IMG/VR virus record: IMGVR_UViG_3300021843_000436
Reading direction: 5' to 3' (one strand)
Length of the DNA stretch: 20,000 bases
Origin: an uncultured virus (IMG/VR IMGVR_UViG_3300021843_000436)
Taxonomy: Duplodnaviria > Heunggongvirae > Uroviricota > Caudoviricetes
The notes below the pieces were generated by a model, which was not told the DNA's origin, searched no databases, and was given only the letters and a program-made list of their open reading frames with translations. Positions 7,719 through 16,386 of this stretch are shown here, piece by piece. Made by a program: the position numbers and the translations under genes. The first letter of the stretch is position 1, and the number at the start of each line of letters is the position of its first letter.

Positions 7719-8016
7719 AATGGAGCACTTTCTTTCTGTCCTGGTAGCCTATCTCACTGGAGCCACCCTGGTGGAAATGTATGGCCCCTGGGCTTTTTAT
7801 CACCTCCTGGTCTGGATCTGGGATAAGTTCTATGGTCTGAGCTGGTGGGTTTTGAGTGGAGCCTGGTGGATTCTTATTAACATCCTCCTGCCCCTGGTCT
7901 GGATCTCTGCAGGTATTTCTCTCATCTATCTCACCCATAGGGGCTGGCAGGGAAAGATGAGGGCCTGGGCCTGGGAGAAGGATCACACCTCAAAGCTCAG
8001 GAGAGTAGGTGAGTGA
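7711..8016 (+). CDS. Trp-rich integral membrane protein
   Basis: Two or three hydrophobic segments followed by a basic C-terminus. Confidence 0.7.
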   Translation: MSEMEHFLSVLVAYLTGATLVEMYGPWAFYHLLVWIWDKFYGLSWWVLSGAWWILINILLPLVWISAGISLIYLTHRGWQGKMRAWAWEKDHTSKLRRVGE

Positions 8017-8369
8017 GCATGGAGAGAAAAAGCTTCAGGGATATGCCTCAGGTGGAACTGGTGCTGATCCCAGAGCTGGGACAGCCCAGGGCTCTCCCTT
8101 ATCCCTCTGTGGAGGAGGCAAAATTCTCAGCCAGAGGAATCTCCAGGAAAGGACCTCAGAAGTATGTGGCCTGGTATGTCCTGGATGATGACGGCCTGAT
8201 CCTGGCCTCTCATGGCTATTCTTTGCCCAGTCTGAAGTGTCTCAGACCAGATGCCCACACTGAGAGGGACCTGCAGAGAGTCCAGGAGAGGGGCCTTAAC
8301 AGAGATGAAAAGGCCCAGCTCCTGGTGGATCAATTGGCAAATGAAAGGAGAGCAGCTGCATGGAATTGA
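8013..8369 (+). CDS. Hypothetical protein
   Basis: GTGA overlap within the operon; backbone-like codon usage. Confidence 0.7.
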   Translation: MSMERKSFRDMPQVELVLIPELGQPRALPYPSVEEAKFSARGISRKGPQKYVAWYVLDDDGLILASHGYSLPSLKCLRPDAHTERDLQRVQERGLNRDEKAQLLVDQLANERRAAAWN

Positions 8370-9145
8370 TAGCCAGTATAGGGCAGGCTGTGGATGCCTT
8401 AGAAGGCATGAAGAAAAAAGTGGTCACCTTCCAGGTCCTCTCAGGGATAGATGGTGCTCTGTCCAATATGTGGACCATCACTCACAATTTTATAGTAGCT
8501 CAGAACGGGCTGGGATATGATCCCAGCCAGCTCCCTGCTTATCAGGAGGCTAAATTCCTCTGGCTGAAGATGCTACTGCTAGGGATGCCAGTTAAGCCTG
8601 CTCAGTCTCCTTTCTGTAGCTATTTCAGTGAGAGATGTGATCAGTGTGGCTTTGTTAAAAATCATGGCTCCTGCTATGACTTTGGATCTGACTATTATAA
8701 ATTGATCACCTCTCTGGCTAAAATGATTAAGCTCTCTAATTATGAGCCAGAGCCCTGGACAGAGTATGTCAAACTGAGCCCAGTCACAGCACAGGCTTAT
8801 GATATTTACACTTTCAATATGATGGAGGCAGCTCAGACCATTGAATCTCACATAACCTCATGGAGGAAGATCTTCAAGGCTACCAAGTCTTTTGAGGAAA
8901 TAATGCAGGATAGAGTCATGTTCATGAATCTGATCCTTAATGATCTTCCTCTGGAGATTTGGGACACTTATGCTGGCACTTGGAGGATCGCAGCTTTTCA
9001 GGAGATGCCTATTTCCTACCAATTCCCATTAGAGGGAGTTAAATTCACTGATCACGAAATAAACACCACATTAGGTCTGAGGAAGTTCAGGGATGAGACT
9101 TTGACTGCCCTAAAGAATTACTGGAAGCCAGGAGAGACATTTTAA
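8360..9145 (+). CDS. Hypothetical protein with central Cys cluster (PFC...RCDQC...GSC)
   Basis: 261-aa ORF in the operon, with RBS. Confidence 0.8.
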   Translation: MELIASIGQAVDALEGMKKKVVTFQVLSGIDGALSNMWTITHNFIVAQNGLGYDPSQLPAYQEAKFLWLKMLLLGMPVKPAQSPFCSYFSERCDQCGFVKNHGSCYDFGSDYYKLITSLAKMIKLSNYEPEPWTEYVKLSPVTAQAYDIYTFNMMEAAQTIESHITSWRKIFKATKSFEEIMQDRVMFMNLILNDLPLEIWDTYAGTWRIAAFQEMPISYQFPLEGVKFTDHEINTTLGLRKFRDETLTALKNYWKPGETF

Positions 9146-9390
9146 TGGTTGATCATTTAGAGGAGTTTAAAAAGGGTCTGCAGGCCATTAGGAATTATCT
9201 GGATGAGAAGGCTCCAGACTGGGTGACTGTCACTTTGAAGGTGGAGATAGAGCCCTGCCACTCCAGGGTGGAGATGCTGGAATTAGTAGAGCAGACGGGT
9301 CCAGCCTCCTTTAATGTCACCCAGTTTCCTCCACTCAGCATAAAGACCTGTGACGTAACCATGAGAGTGGGCATTCTGGAGGCACTTTAA
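9145..9390 (+). CDS. Hypothetical protein
   Basis: TAATG overlaps at both ends. Confidence 0.75.
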   Translation: MVDHLEEFKKGLQAIRNYLDEKAPDWVTVTLKVEIEPCHSRVEMLELVEQTGPASFNVTQFPPLSIKTCDVTMRVGILEAL

Positions 9391-10055
9391 TGAGTGGCCT
9401 GGAAAACTTTTCCATTTTTGATATCCTGGGAATGCCTGAGCAGAACCTGAAGGCCCAGGTGAAGAGATCGCTGGACTTCTGGCTGAAGGAGGTCAGAATG
9501 GTCAAAGATCCTGGAGAGGCCCTGGCCCTGTTGAATCAGGCTGAGGAATGGACTGCAGAGCAGAAGATCACTGTGATAAAGGGAATGCTTACCCTGAATC
9601 TGGTCTCCTTTCTGACCTCCAATAAGGTGGACTTCCTGGACTATGATGGCTGGAAGAAGTACATGCAGGAGAATCCCTTTGTCCCAGCTCAGACTCTGGA
9701 GATCCCTAATGATAAGGTAGTGGATCTCTCTGTCCAGGCCATGAAGGTCCTGAGGCCAAAGGTCACCAGGGACATGATGAGAAGTGGCAGGGCTCCAAAG
9801 CCACAGAAGCTCCTGGGCCAGCTGGTGGAGATCTGGATCAAAGAGGATGGAGAAAAGAAGCTCTTCTTCATCGGCTGGGCTATTTATGCCACAGTAATGA
9901 GGACCCAGGCTCAGGCAGGGATGTCTATTCCCATTGAGACAAAAGCAGTGGCAGAAGCCATCAGACCTGAGAAGCCACTTAAACCCTTGGATGAATCTGG
10001 ACAGTTATGTGATGTAAATGACATAATGGCCAGATTAAAGAAGATTAGAGCTTAA
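9390..10055 (+). CDS. Hypothetical protein
   Basis: 221-aa ORF with TAATG coupling and GGAGG RBS. Confidence 0.8.
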   Translation: MSGLENFSIFDILGMPEQNLKAQVKRSLDFWLKEVRMVKDPGEALALLNQAEEWTAEQKITVIKGMLTLNLVSFLTSNKVDFLDYDGWKKYMQENPFVPAQTLEIPNDKVVDLSVQAMKVLRPKVTRDMMRSGRAPKPQKLLGQLVEIWIKEDGEKKLFFIGWAIYATVMRTQAQAGMSIPIETKAVAEAIRPEKPLKPLDESGQLCDVNDIMARLKKIRA

Positions 10056-10103
10056 ACAGGGAATTATGGAATGTTATTTTAACAAATAGGGACATGATAA
10101 GGG

Positions 10104-10247
10104 TTAAATATGAGAATAGTAGGTCTTAAAGTGTCTGCTGGCAAAATGGCCTCCACTATTTCAGCAGACTTTGCCTGGAGGAGAAATTCTATTCTCACTC
10201 CCTGTCCCTCCAGGCTCCTCCCTTAGATTCTAAAGGAAGTATAAAAT
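10104..10247 (+). promoter_or_regulatory. Putative nrdD promoter (TTAAATA at 10104) and structured 5' leader
   Basis: Stems GTCTGCTG(10133)/CAGCAGAC(10162) and GCCTGGAGG(10173)/CCTCCAGGC(10207). Confidence 0.45.
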
Positions 10248-12725
10248 ATGCAGGATTTAAAAGTTATTACCTCCCAGGAGCGGATCAGCCCTTTCAACAG
10301 GGCAAAAATAGCACAGGCTTTGATCAGAGAGACCCAGGAGCTGGCTCCCAGGTTCTTTAATAAGCCAGGACTCACCCAGTCAGAAGCAGAATCAGTGGCC
10401 CTCTCAGCAGAGAAGACTCTCAGGACCATGCCGTATCCTTGGCTCACAGCTCCACTGATCAGAGAAGTGGTCAATGCTGAGCTTCTTCTAAGGGGCCACA
10501 TCATCCACAGAAATATCCTCAGCAGGGTAGGGACTCCCATTTATGATGCCTGCATGATGGATGTAGGCAAAGGCAAAGAGGATAAGGAGAATGCAAACCT
10601 GCAGGATAATGCAGAGACCAGTCATAAGAAAAAGGCTGATAGGATGTCAAAGGAGCAATATCTCCTGCTTCTGCCTCCACAGCTCTCTCAGAGGCACCTG
10701 GAGGGAGATCTCCATATTCATGACCTGGAGTACTTTGGCACCAGGCCCTTCTGCCAGGACCATGATCTCAGGTACTTCTTCTATTATGGTCTGATGCCAG
10801 ATGGCAAAGGCCAGAAGGCAGCAGTGGCAGGCCCTGCTAAAAGGCCAGAGGTGGCCATCCTTCATGCAGTGAAGGCTCTGGGCAGTGCCCAGACGAATTT
10901 TGCAGGAGGCCAAGGCTATTATAATTTCCTCACCTTTGTGGCTCCCTACCTGGAGAAGCTGCCTTATTCGTCAAAGGACCCTAAAATAATGAGCATCAAA
11001 CAGCTCATGCAGATGTTTGTCTATGAAATGACCCAGATGATGGTGGCAAGAGGAGGTCAGCTGGTCTTTAGCAGTGTCCAGCTCACTCCAGGGGTGCCTA
11101 AGGTCTGGAAGAACAGGCCAGTGGTGGCTTATGGGAAGATCTTTGATGGAGTCCATGAGGAGAGAAAGTGGACCTATGGAGAACTGGAGCCTGTGGTCAG
11201 GCTGGCCTTTAAAGCTCTGATGGAGGTCTTCCTGGAGGGAGATGCCTGGGGCAAACCCTTCAGCTTCCCAAAGCCAGAGATAGTGCTCTCAAATGAGTTT
11301 ATGTCTGATCCTCAGGCAGAATACTGGAAGGATCACCAGTATTATGGCATGAGAGTGCCTACCAGAGAAGAGCTTTATATCCTGGTGACAAAGCTGGCCA
11401 TAATTTATGGATCTCCATATTTTGATAATGAGATCCCTGAGTATAGGAATGCTGATGGTGAAGGAATCACATGCTATCAGTGTTGTAGTTATCAATTTGC
11501 AGCTAGACCAGAAGATGATCCCCTCTTTAATGCAAAAATGGATTTTGAAAATGGTCAGCACTTCAGCATGGGTGGTTATCAGGTAGTGACTGGAAACATG
11601 CCCAGAGCTGCAATGAGAGCTAAAGAGATCTTGAAGGATTTCGCTATTCCATCAGACCTGAAAGAAAAGATTACATTGCAGGCATTTATGCAAGAAGTTA
11701 AGGGCCTCATGAATTCTGCAGTGGAGATCTTCCAGCAGAAGAAGGTCTGGATGGATCAGGCCCTGGCAGCTGACAGGATTCCCTTTGCCACCCAGACACC
11801 CAGGGACCCCTACTCTGGAAAGGCTGGACAGCCCCTGGTGGACTTCTCTCAGCTGGTCTTTGCCTTTGGCATTGTGGGTATGAATGAGGTCTCAAAGATC
11901 CTGACTGGCCATGAGCTGGGAGACTATGAGGAGGGTGGCTGGGACTTCTCCATGAAGGCGGTCTATTTGATGAAACAATACTGCCAGGAGCTGTCTCAGA
12001 AGCATGGCATCCACATGGTCCTAGCCAGGACCCCTGCAGAGACAGTGGCCCAGAGGTTTGCAGCTCTGGATCTGGACTCTGAATTTAAGGAGATGGCCCT
12101 GCAGGTAGTGAATGGCAATAAGGAGGAGGCTTTGAAGCTTCTGCCTCAGACTTTAGATGTCCCTGTTTATTATACAAATGGAGCTATGATAAAGATGTCC
12201 ACTCCCAGGACAGTTAAATTCCAGGTGGAGAGGGAGGGCCAATTCTTCCCACTGGTGGATGGAGGAAACATCATGCACCTCTTTGTTGATGATGTCTTCC
12301 CATTAGTATCAGCCCACTTTGACAGACAGGCTGAGCTGCAGCAGAGGGTCAGGGAATACAGAGAGGCTGGAGATCAGAAGACGGCCAGGCACTATGAGAA
12401 GGAGATCATCAAGGGAAAGACAGAGGATAGGCTCCTCACCTCCTGGGCCAGTGATCTCTGGGAGGTCATCAAGAACATAGCCATCACCTCTGATGTGGGT
12501 TATTTTGCCTTTACCAGGGATATCAGCATCTGCCTGGACTGTGCTTCCACCATAAAGGGAAGGGTGAAGAAGTGCCCTGTTTGTGGTTCTTCTGAGGTGG
12601 ATGTGATCACCAGGGTGACAGGCTACTGTCAGGCTGTAAGTGGATTTAACAGAGCTAAAAAACAGGAAGTAGAGGATCGATATAGGCATAACTCTGAGAG
12701 TTTTGGCATGAAGGTGGTGGGCTAA
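10248..12725 (+). CDS. nrdD: Anaerobic (class III) ribonucleoside-triphosphate reductase with N-terminal ATP cone, methanogen type
   Basis: FNRAKIAQALIRET ATP cone, GDLHIHDLEY, TRPFC, QTNFAGGQG, FSFPKPE, CYQCC, GIVGMNE, RTPAET, YYTNG, GGNIMH, CLDC...CPVC Zn site, RVTGY glycyl-radical motif. Confidence 0.97.
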   Translation: MQDLKVITSQERISPFNRAKIAQALIRETQELAPRFFNKPGLTQSEAESVALSAEKTLRTMPYPWLTAPLIREVVNAELLLRGHIIHRNILSRVGTPIYDACMMDVGKGKEDKENANLQDNAETSHKKKADRMSKEQYLLLLPPQLSQRHLEGDLHIHDLEYFGTRPFCQDHDLRYFFYYGLMPDGKGQKAAVAGPAKRPEVAILHAVKALGSAQTNFAGGQGYYNFLTFVAPYLEKLPYSSKDPKIMSIKQLMQMFVYEMTQMMVARGGQLVFSSVQLTPGVPKVWKNRPVVAYGKIFDGVHEERKWTYGELEPVVRLAFKALMEVFLEGDAWGKPFSFPKPEIVLSNEFMSDPQAEYWKDHQYYGMRVPTREELYILVTKLAIIYGSPYFDNEIPEYRNADGEGITCYQCCSYQFAARPEDDPLFNAKMDFENGQHFSMGGYQVVTGNMPRAAMRAKEILKDFAIPSDLKEKITLQAFMQEVKGLMNSAVEIFQQKKVWMDQALAADRIPFATQTPRDPYSGKAGQPLVDFSQLVFAFGIVGMNEVSKILTGHELGDYEEGGWDFSMKAVYLMKQYCQELSQKHGIHMVLARTPAETVAQRFAALDLDSEFKEMALQVVNGNKEEALKLLPQTLDVPVYYTNGAMIKMSTPRTVKFQVEREGQFFPLVDGGNIMHLFVDDVFPLVSAHFDRQAELQQRVREYREAGDQKTARHYEKEIIKGKTEDRLLTSWASDLWEVIKNIAITSDVGYFAFTRDISICLDCASTIKGRVKKCPVCGSSEVDVITRVTGYCQAVSGFNRAKKQEVEDRYRHNSESFGMKVVG

Positions 12726-12726
12726 A

Positions 12727-13374
12727 ATGGAGGAGAACCTGAAGGGAAAGAATAGCTTTGTGATAGTGGCTTATGCCATGCCATTGGATGAGATGACTGA
12801 GGACCCCAGGGCTGGGGTTCTCCAGAAATTTGCTTATGATGACGCTGGCATGGTCACTGGAAAGGAGAACCTCATGCCCATAACTGCTCTGGGAGACCAT
12901 GAGGAGCTGGAGGCCAGCATTAACTCTGTGCTCTTTACCCTGGAGACCAGGATGAGGGATGAGATCCATCAGTTTGCTGACTCCTATATGGAGCAGTGGA
13001 GAGACCAGTGGCCACATCAACAGAGGCCCTGGTGGTGGGCAGGGAGACACCTTGAAGAGCTTTACCTGAAGGAAGAGATCCCATTCAAGCCCACAAAGGC
13101 CCTGATGATGAAGGTGGCAGCAGGAGGCTATCTGCAGGCCATCAACAGCCAGGAGGAAGCCTACCAGCTCCCAGACCCAGTGCTGAAAGGCACTTCCATG
13201 CTCATGACTTTCAATGATGAGAAGGACCTGGATGACATAGTAAGAGGAGCAGAGAGAAGCTTCTGGATGCTGAAGGCTGAGATGGCCCTTTACTTCTTCA
13301 AGTCTTTGAAGCCAGTCCTGGGAGAGGAGAGGGTGGCCACCCTGCTGAAGAAATACGGGAAGGAGGTGGAGTGA
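12727..13374 (+). CDS. Hypothetical protein
   Basis: 215-aa ORF starting immediately after nrdD; no radical-SAM CxxxCxxC motif, so not NrdG. Confidence 0.8.
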   Translation: MEENLKGKNSFVIVAYAMPLDEMTEDPRAGVLQKFAYDDAGMVTGKENLMPITALGDHEELEASINSVLFTLETRMRDEIHQFADSYMEQWRDQWPHQQRPWWWAGRHLEELYLKEEIPFKPTKALMMKVAAGGYLQAINSQEEAYQLPDPVLKGTSMLMTFNDEKDLDDIVRGAERSFWMLKAEMALYFFKSLKPVLGEERVATLLKKYGKEVE

Positions 13375-14088
13375 ATGGGTGGAAAGTCAGACATGGACCT
13401 GAGTCCCTTTGCCCATGTGCCTGGCCCAGGGGACCTCCAGGAGGAGCTGATAGGCTACTGCAGCCAATGTGCTGCAGCAGTTTTTAGAGTTTATAGGGTA
13501 GGTCAAAGATGCCCTGGAAAGATCAAATTCCAGTGCCCTCATCAGGGCACTGCCACTGTAGTTAAAAACCCTCCACTTCTGGCAGCAGATCCTGCAGGTG
13601 ATTTCCTCATCTCTGGAGATCAAGGACTGAATTGGCAGAAAAAGGATGATAGGCCCAGTCTTGACCAGTACTTCATGGCCTTTGCCACAGTAGCCTCCCT
13701 CATGTCCACCTGCCAGCATAGAAAAGAGGGAGCTGTGGCAGTCCAGGGGAAGAGGATCATAGCCACAGGCTACAATGGAGCCCCAGTGGGTTTGCCTCAC
13801 TGCAATGTGGTGGGCTGCTCCAGGGATGGCCTGGTCTCTGGTGAGAGGCTGGATATCTGCAGGGCAGTTCATGCTGAGGAGAACGTCCTCCTCCAATGTG
13901 CCCAGTATGGCCCCAGCTGCAAAGGAGCCACTATCTACACCACCCTGCAGCCATGTCTGGGTTGTGCAAAATCAATGGTCAATGCAGGCATAGCCAGGGT
14001 AGTTTATGAAGAAGAGTATTCTGACAGGCAGGGTCTTATCTTCCTGGAGGCTGCCAGGGTTAAGGTGGAAAAGCTACGTTCAGGATAA
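13375..14088 (+). CDS. dCMP deaminase (ComEB family) with an extra N-terminal Cys-rich domain
   Basis: RPSLDQYFM, STC..R..GAV, IIATGYNGAP.G..HC, C.AVHAEEN, PCLGCAK; N-terminal CSQC...C...CPH. Confidence 0.93.
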   Translation: MGGKSDMDLSPFAHVPGPGDLQEELIGYCSQCAAAVFRVYRVGQRCPGKIKFQCPHQGTATVVKNPPLLAADPAGDFLISGDQGLNWQKKDDRPSLDQYFMAFATVASLMSTCQHRKEGAVAVQGKRIIATGYNGAPVGLPHCNVVGCSRDGLVSGERLDICRAVHAEENVLLQCAQYGPSCKGATIYTTLQPCLGCAKSMVNAGIARVVYEEEYSDRQGLIFLEAARVKVEKLRSG

Positions 14089-14122
14089 ATATGTGGATGC
14101 AACTTGACATTTAGAGGAGTTC

Positions 14123-14254
14123 ATGGACTGTTTTATTCCCCATTGTGCTGGAGAAGCCAGGTGGAGGGAGAATCAGCAGCAGTGGCTCTGTGGGAAGCAC
14201 TACAGAGCCAGGAAAGCTGAGGCCATCCATTGGCAATACTACTTTAACCAGTAG
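14123..14254 (+). CDS. Small C-x4-C...C-x2-H zinc-finger protein, 43 aa (not in the ORF track)
   Basis: MDCFIPHCAGEARWRENQQQWLCGKHYRARKAEAIHWQYYFNQ; GAGGAG upstream; followed by a T-rich tract. Confidence 0.6.
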   Translation: MDCFIPHCAGEARWRENQQQWLCGKHYRARKAEAIHWQYYFNQ

Positions 14255-14283
14255 TTTTTAGTTTATCCATAACTTCTTATTTA
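14255..14283 (+). terminator. Probable archaeal oligo-T terminator
   Basis: TTTTTAGTTT and further T-runs between the stop codon and the next promoter. Confidence 0.4.
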
Positions 14284-14324
14284 ACTACTGTCTTTCTAGC
14301 TACTCATGGTTATCTTTGAGTAAT

Positions 14325-14360
14325 CTATAAATACCATAGAATCTATGGAAAAGATGGAGG
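14325..14360 (+). promoter_or_regulatory. Archaeal promoter with operator palindrome (copy 3)
   Basis: C TATAAATA CCATAG-AAT-CTATGG AAAAGAT GGAGG; ATG at 14364. Confidence 0.85.
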
Positions 14361-14363
14361 CCA

Positions 14364-14678
14364 ATGATGGTCCAAAGGGAGAGCGTCCCGTGGTTTTCTG
14401 AGCAGATGGAGAAAAAGCTCCTAGCCAACGATCATAAACCTGGCTGGAATGGTCTTCCAGATCCCTATTTTGTAAGCAGGGCACAGGATGAACTTCAGGA
14501 GCTGGCTGAAGCCCTGGCTAGAGGCATGAGTCCTGAGGACATCATTCAGGAATGTGCTGACGTGGCTAATTTCTGTATGATGTTAGCAGACAAAAAGAGG
14601 CAGCATGATCAGATTACCATCAGGGGAAGACTGCAGCTGGCTGCTGAAGCTGGACATTCCATTTCTCAAGAGGTCTAA
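14364..14678 (+). CDS. MazG-like all-alpha NTP pyrophosphohydrolase-superfamily protein
   Basis: ME.KL..NDHK.GW...DELQEL.......IIQECADVANFCMM, the ExxE...ExxD pattern. Confidence 0.65.
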   Translation: MMVQRESVPWFSEQMEKKLLANDHKPGWNGLPDPYFVSRAQDELQELAEALARGMSPEDIIQECADVANFCMMLADKKRQHDQITIRGRLQLAAEAGHSISQEV

Positions 14679-14682
14679 AATT

Positions 14683-15234
14683 ATGTCAGAGATAACTATG
14701 AGAGTGAATGCTGCAGTAGAGGCTGCAGCCAAAGCGTCAGAAAAGGTGGAAGAGCAGGTAAAGGCTGTGGCAGGGGCTATGAATCTAGCCTCACCTGCAG
14801 CTGCAAAGATTGCAGCAGCCCTGGAGAAGGGGAATCTGGCTCTGGAGCAGAGGCTAAACCAGAGGGTAGTGGTCATTAATCCAGAGGAGATGCCTCAGGA
14901 AGATAGGGACTTGGTGAAGAGGCTCCAGGACCTGGACCAGGCCCTGATAGATAACAGGATTGTAGGGGTGGACAGGCTAAAGGGTGACAAAGAAAACTCT
15001 CACAATATCAAGGACCCTGAGCTGGATAAGCAAATTAAGGAGGACCTGGAGATCCACCTTAAGGCCAGGACAAAGAGAATCAATGAGCTGGCCAGGGAGA
15101 TCCTATTCTTATATGACTGGTATCAGGCACAGCCTGGCATGACTCACCTGCCCACTCATGCCATGCAGTTCAAAGAGATCATCACAAAGCCTCCAAGGCA
15201 AACCAAGGGACTGAGGAGGCAGAAGTCTGCTTAA
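14683..15234 (+). CDS. Hypothetical helical protein; likely start 14683 rather than 14605
   Basis: GAGGT before ATG 14683, just after the upstream stop. Confidence 0.75.
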   Translation: MSEITMRVNAAVEAAAKASEKVEEQVKAVAGAMNLASPAAAKIAAALEKGNLALEQRLNQRVVVINPEEMPQEDRDLVKRLQDLDQALIDNRIVGVDRLKGDKENSHNIKDPELDKQIKEDLEIHLKARTKRINELAREILFLYDWYQAQPGMTHLPTHAMQFKEIITKPPRQTKGLRRQKSA

Positions 15235-15250
15235 GAGTCTGCTCAATGAG

Positions 15251-15273
15251 TCTGGGGCTTCTAAAGCCCCAGA
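15251..15273. repeat. Perfect 10-bp stem hairpin in an intergenic gap
   Basis: TCTGGGGCTT-CTA-AAGCCCCAGA. Confidence 0.7.
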
Positions 15274-15422
15274 GGAGACCCATAGAAGGGAGGAGCCAGC
15301 TGCAGAGGGCTGCTGTGCTGCCTTCGTTAGACAGGGACGTAGGTGTGGGAGTACTTCAGCAAAAATGAGGCCAGATTTTGGTATGTGGCTTTGTGAGAAG
15401 CACTACCAGGAGATGATCTAGC

Positions 15423-15773
15423 ATGAAGAAAACCATTCTTTGTCTAGTGTTATTGAGCATGGCTGTGGCCATGCTCACCCCTGCAATGGGTGAGGAAATG
15501 CAGATAATCACAGAGACTGTGGCAGTAGCTCATGGAAATGGGACGGTTTATACTGACTATCAAACTTCTCAGGTTAATATGCATGAGAAGTTTGTGGCTC
15601 TGTCTCCTAAGGGGATGGTTTACACCTCCCAGGTTAATGGCCAGAATGTCTCTATGAATGCTTCAGAAGTGATCAGTCAGGAGCTGGAGGATGGTATGCA
15701 GGATATGCAGACCATTAAACCCATTAGAGATCCATTTAAGATACAAATACCTGAAGTATTCAATAAGAAATAA
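15423..15773 (+). CDS. Secreted or surface protein with signal peptide
   Basis: MKKTILCLVLLSMAVAMLTPAMG: basic n-region, hydrophobic h-region, AxG cleavage-like site. Confidence 0.75.
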   Translation: MKKTILCLVLLSMAVAMLTPAMGEEMQIITETVAVAHGNGTVYTDYQTSQVNMHEKFVALSPKGMVYTSQVNGQNVSMNASEVISQELEDGMQDMQTIKPIRDPFKIQIPEVFNKK

Positions 15774-15798
15774 GGATGTATTAAGGGAGTGAGTCTGG

Positions 15799-16386
15799 AT
15801 GGACGTGGTAGGCTTTGAGGCCAAAGAGAAGCACTTATCTGGTTTACTATCTCAGGAGATAGTGGATCTATTGAGTGTCATGAGGTTCAAGTGCATTAAC
15901 AAAGACAGTGAATGCCTGGGCTTTGAGCTTCCATTATTTGTGGAAGACTATCCTGTAATCGCTTTTGTTGCCGTCACTGAGCAGAGAATAGAATTTTCAG
16001 CTCAGTGGGAGAGCAGGCCCCTCAGGACCCATTATCTGCTAAGAGCAGGCTTTGTGAATCTGCCTCTCTTGCAGGAGGGTTTGAAGGTCCTGGAGGCTGC
16101 CTGGAAGACGGTCCTGGAGATGCCTGCAGATGGAGAGATGGCTGACAGGGACTGGGATCAGGAGATCAAAGAGGCCCTGAAGGGAATCAGGCTCTTAAGA
16201 CAGGACAGGGTTAAGATGCTGAAGGAAATGGAAGAGAAGCTCCAGGCCATTCATGGCACCCCTAAGCCCCATGTAGTGGAGGGAGCTGTGGGCTGTGGCC
16301 TGGACATCAAGGTGGTCACAAAGGATGAGCAGGCAGCTGCAGAGCAGGTTGAGTTAATGCAGAGGATTGAGGAGGAGCAGATATGA
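15799..16386 (+). CDS. Hypothetical protein (possible paralog of the next gene)
   Basis: 195-aa ORF sharing a Y...G.VN..L..E.....E motif with 16383..16883. Confidence 0.75.
   Translation: MDVVGFEAKEKHLSGLLSQEIVDLLSVMRFKCINKDSECLGFELPLFVEDYPVIAFVAVTEQRIEFSAQWESRPLRTHYLLRAGFVNLPLLQEGLKVLEAAWKTVLEMPADGEMADRDWDQEIKEALKGIRLLRQDRVKMLKEMEEKLQAIHGTPKPHVVEGAVGCGLDIKVVTKDEQAAAEQVELMQRIEEEQI

Noticed and set aside
12309..12437. Intein or intron in nrdD
   Set aside because: The frame is continuous, the insert is short, and it lacks intein C/S...HN splice motifs.
12727..13374. NrdG activase downstream of nrdD
   Set aside because: The protein has no cysteines and hence no radical-SAM motif.
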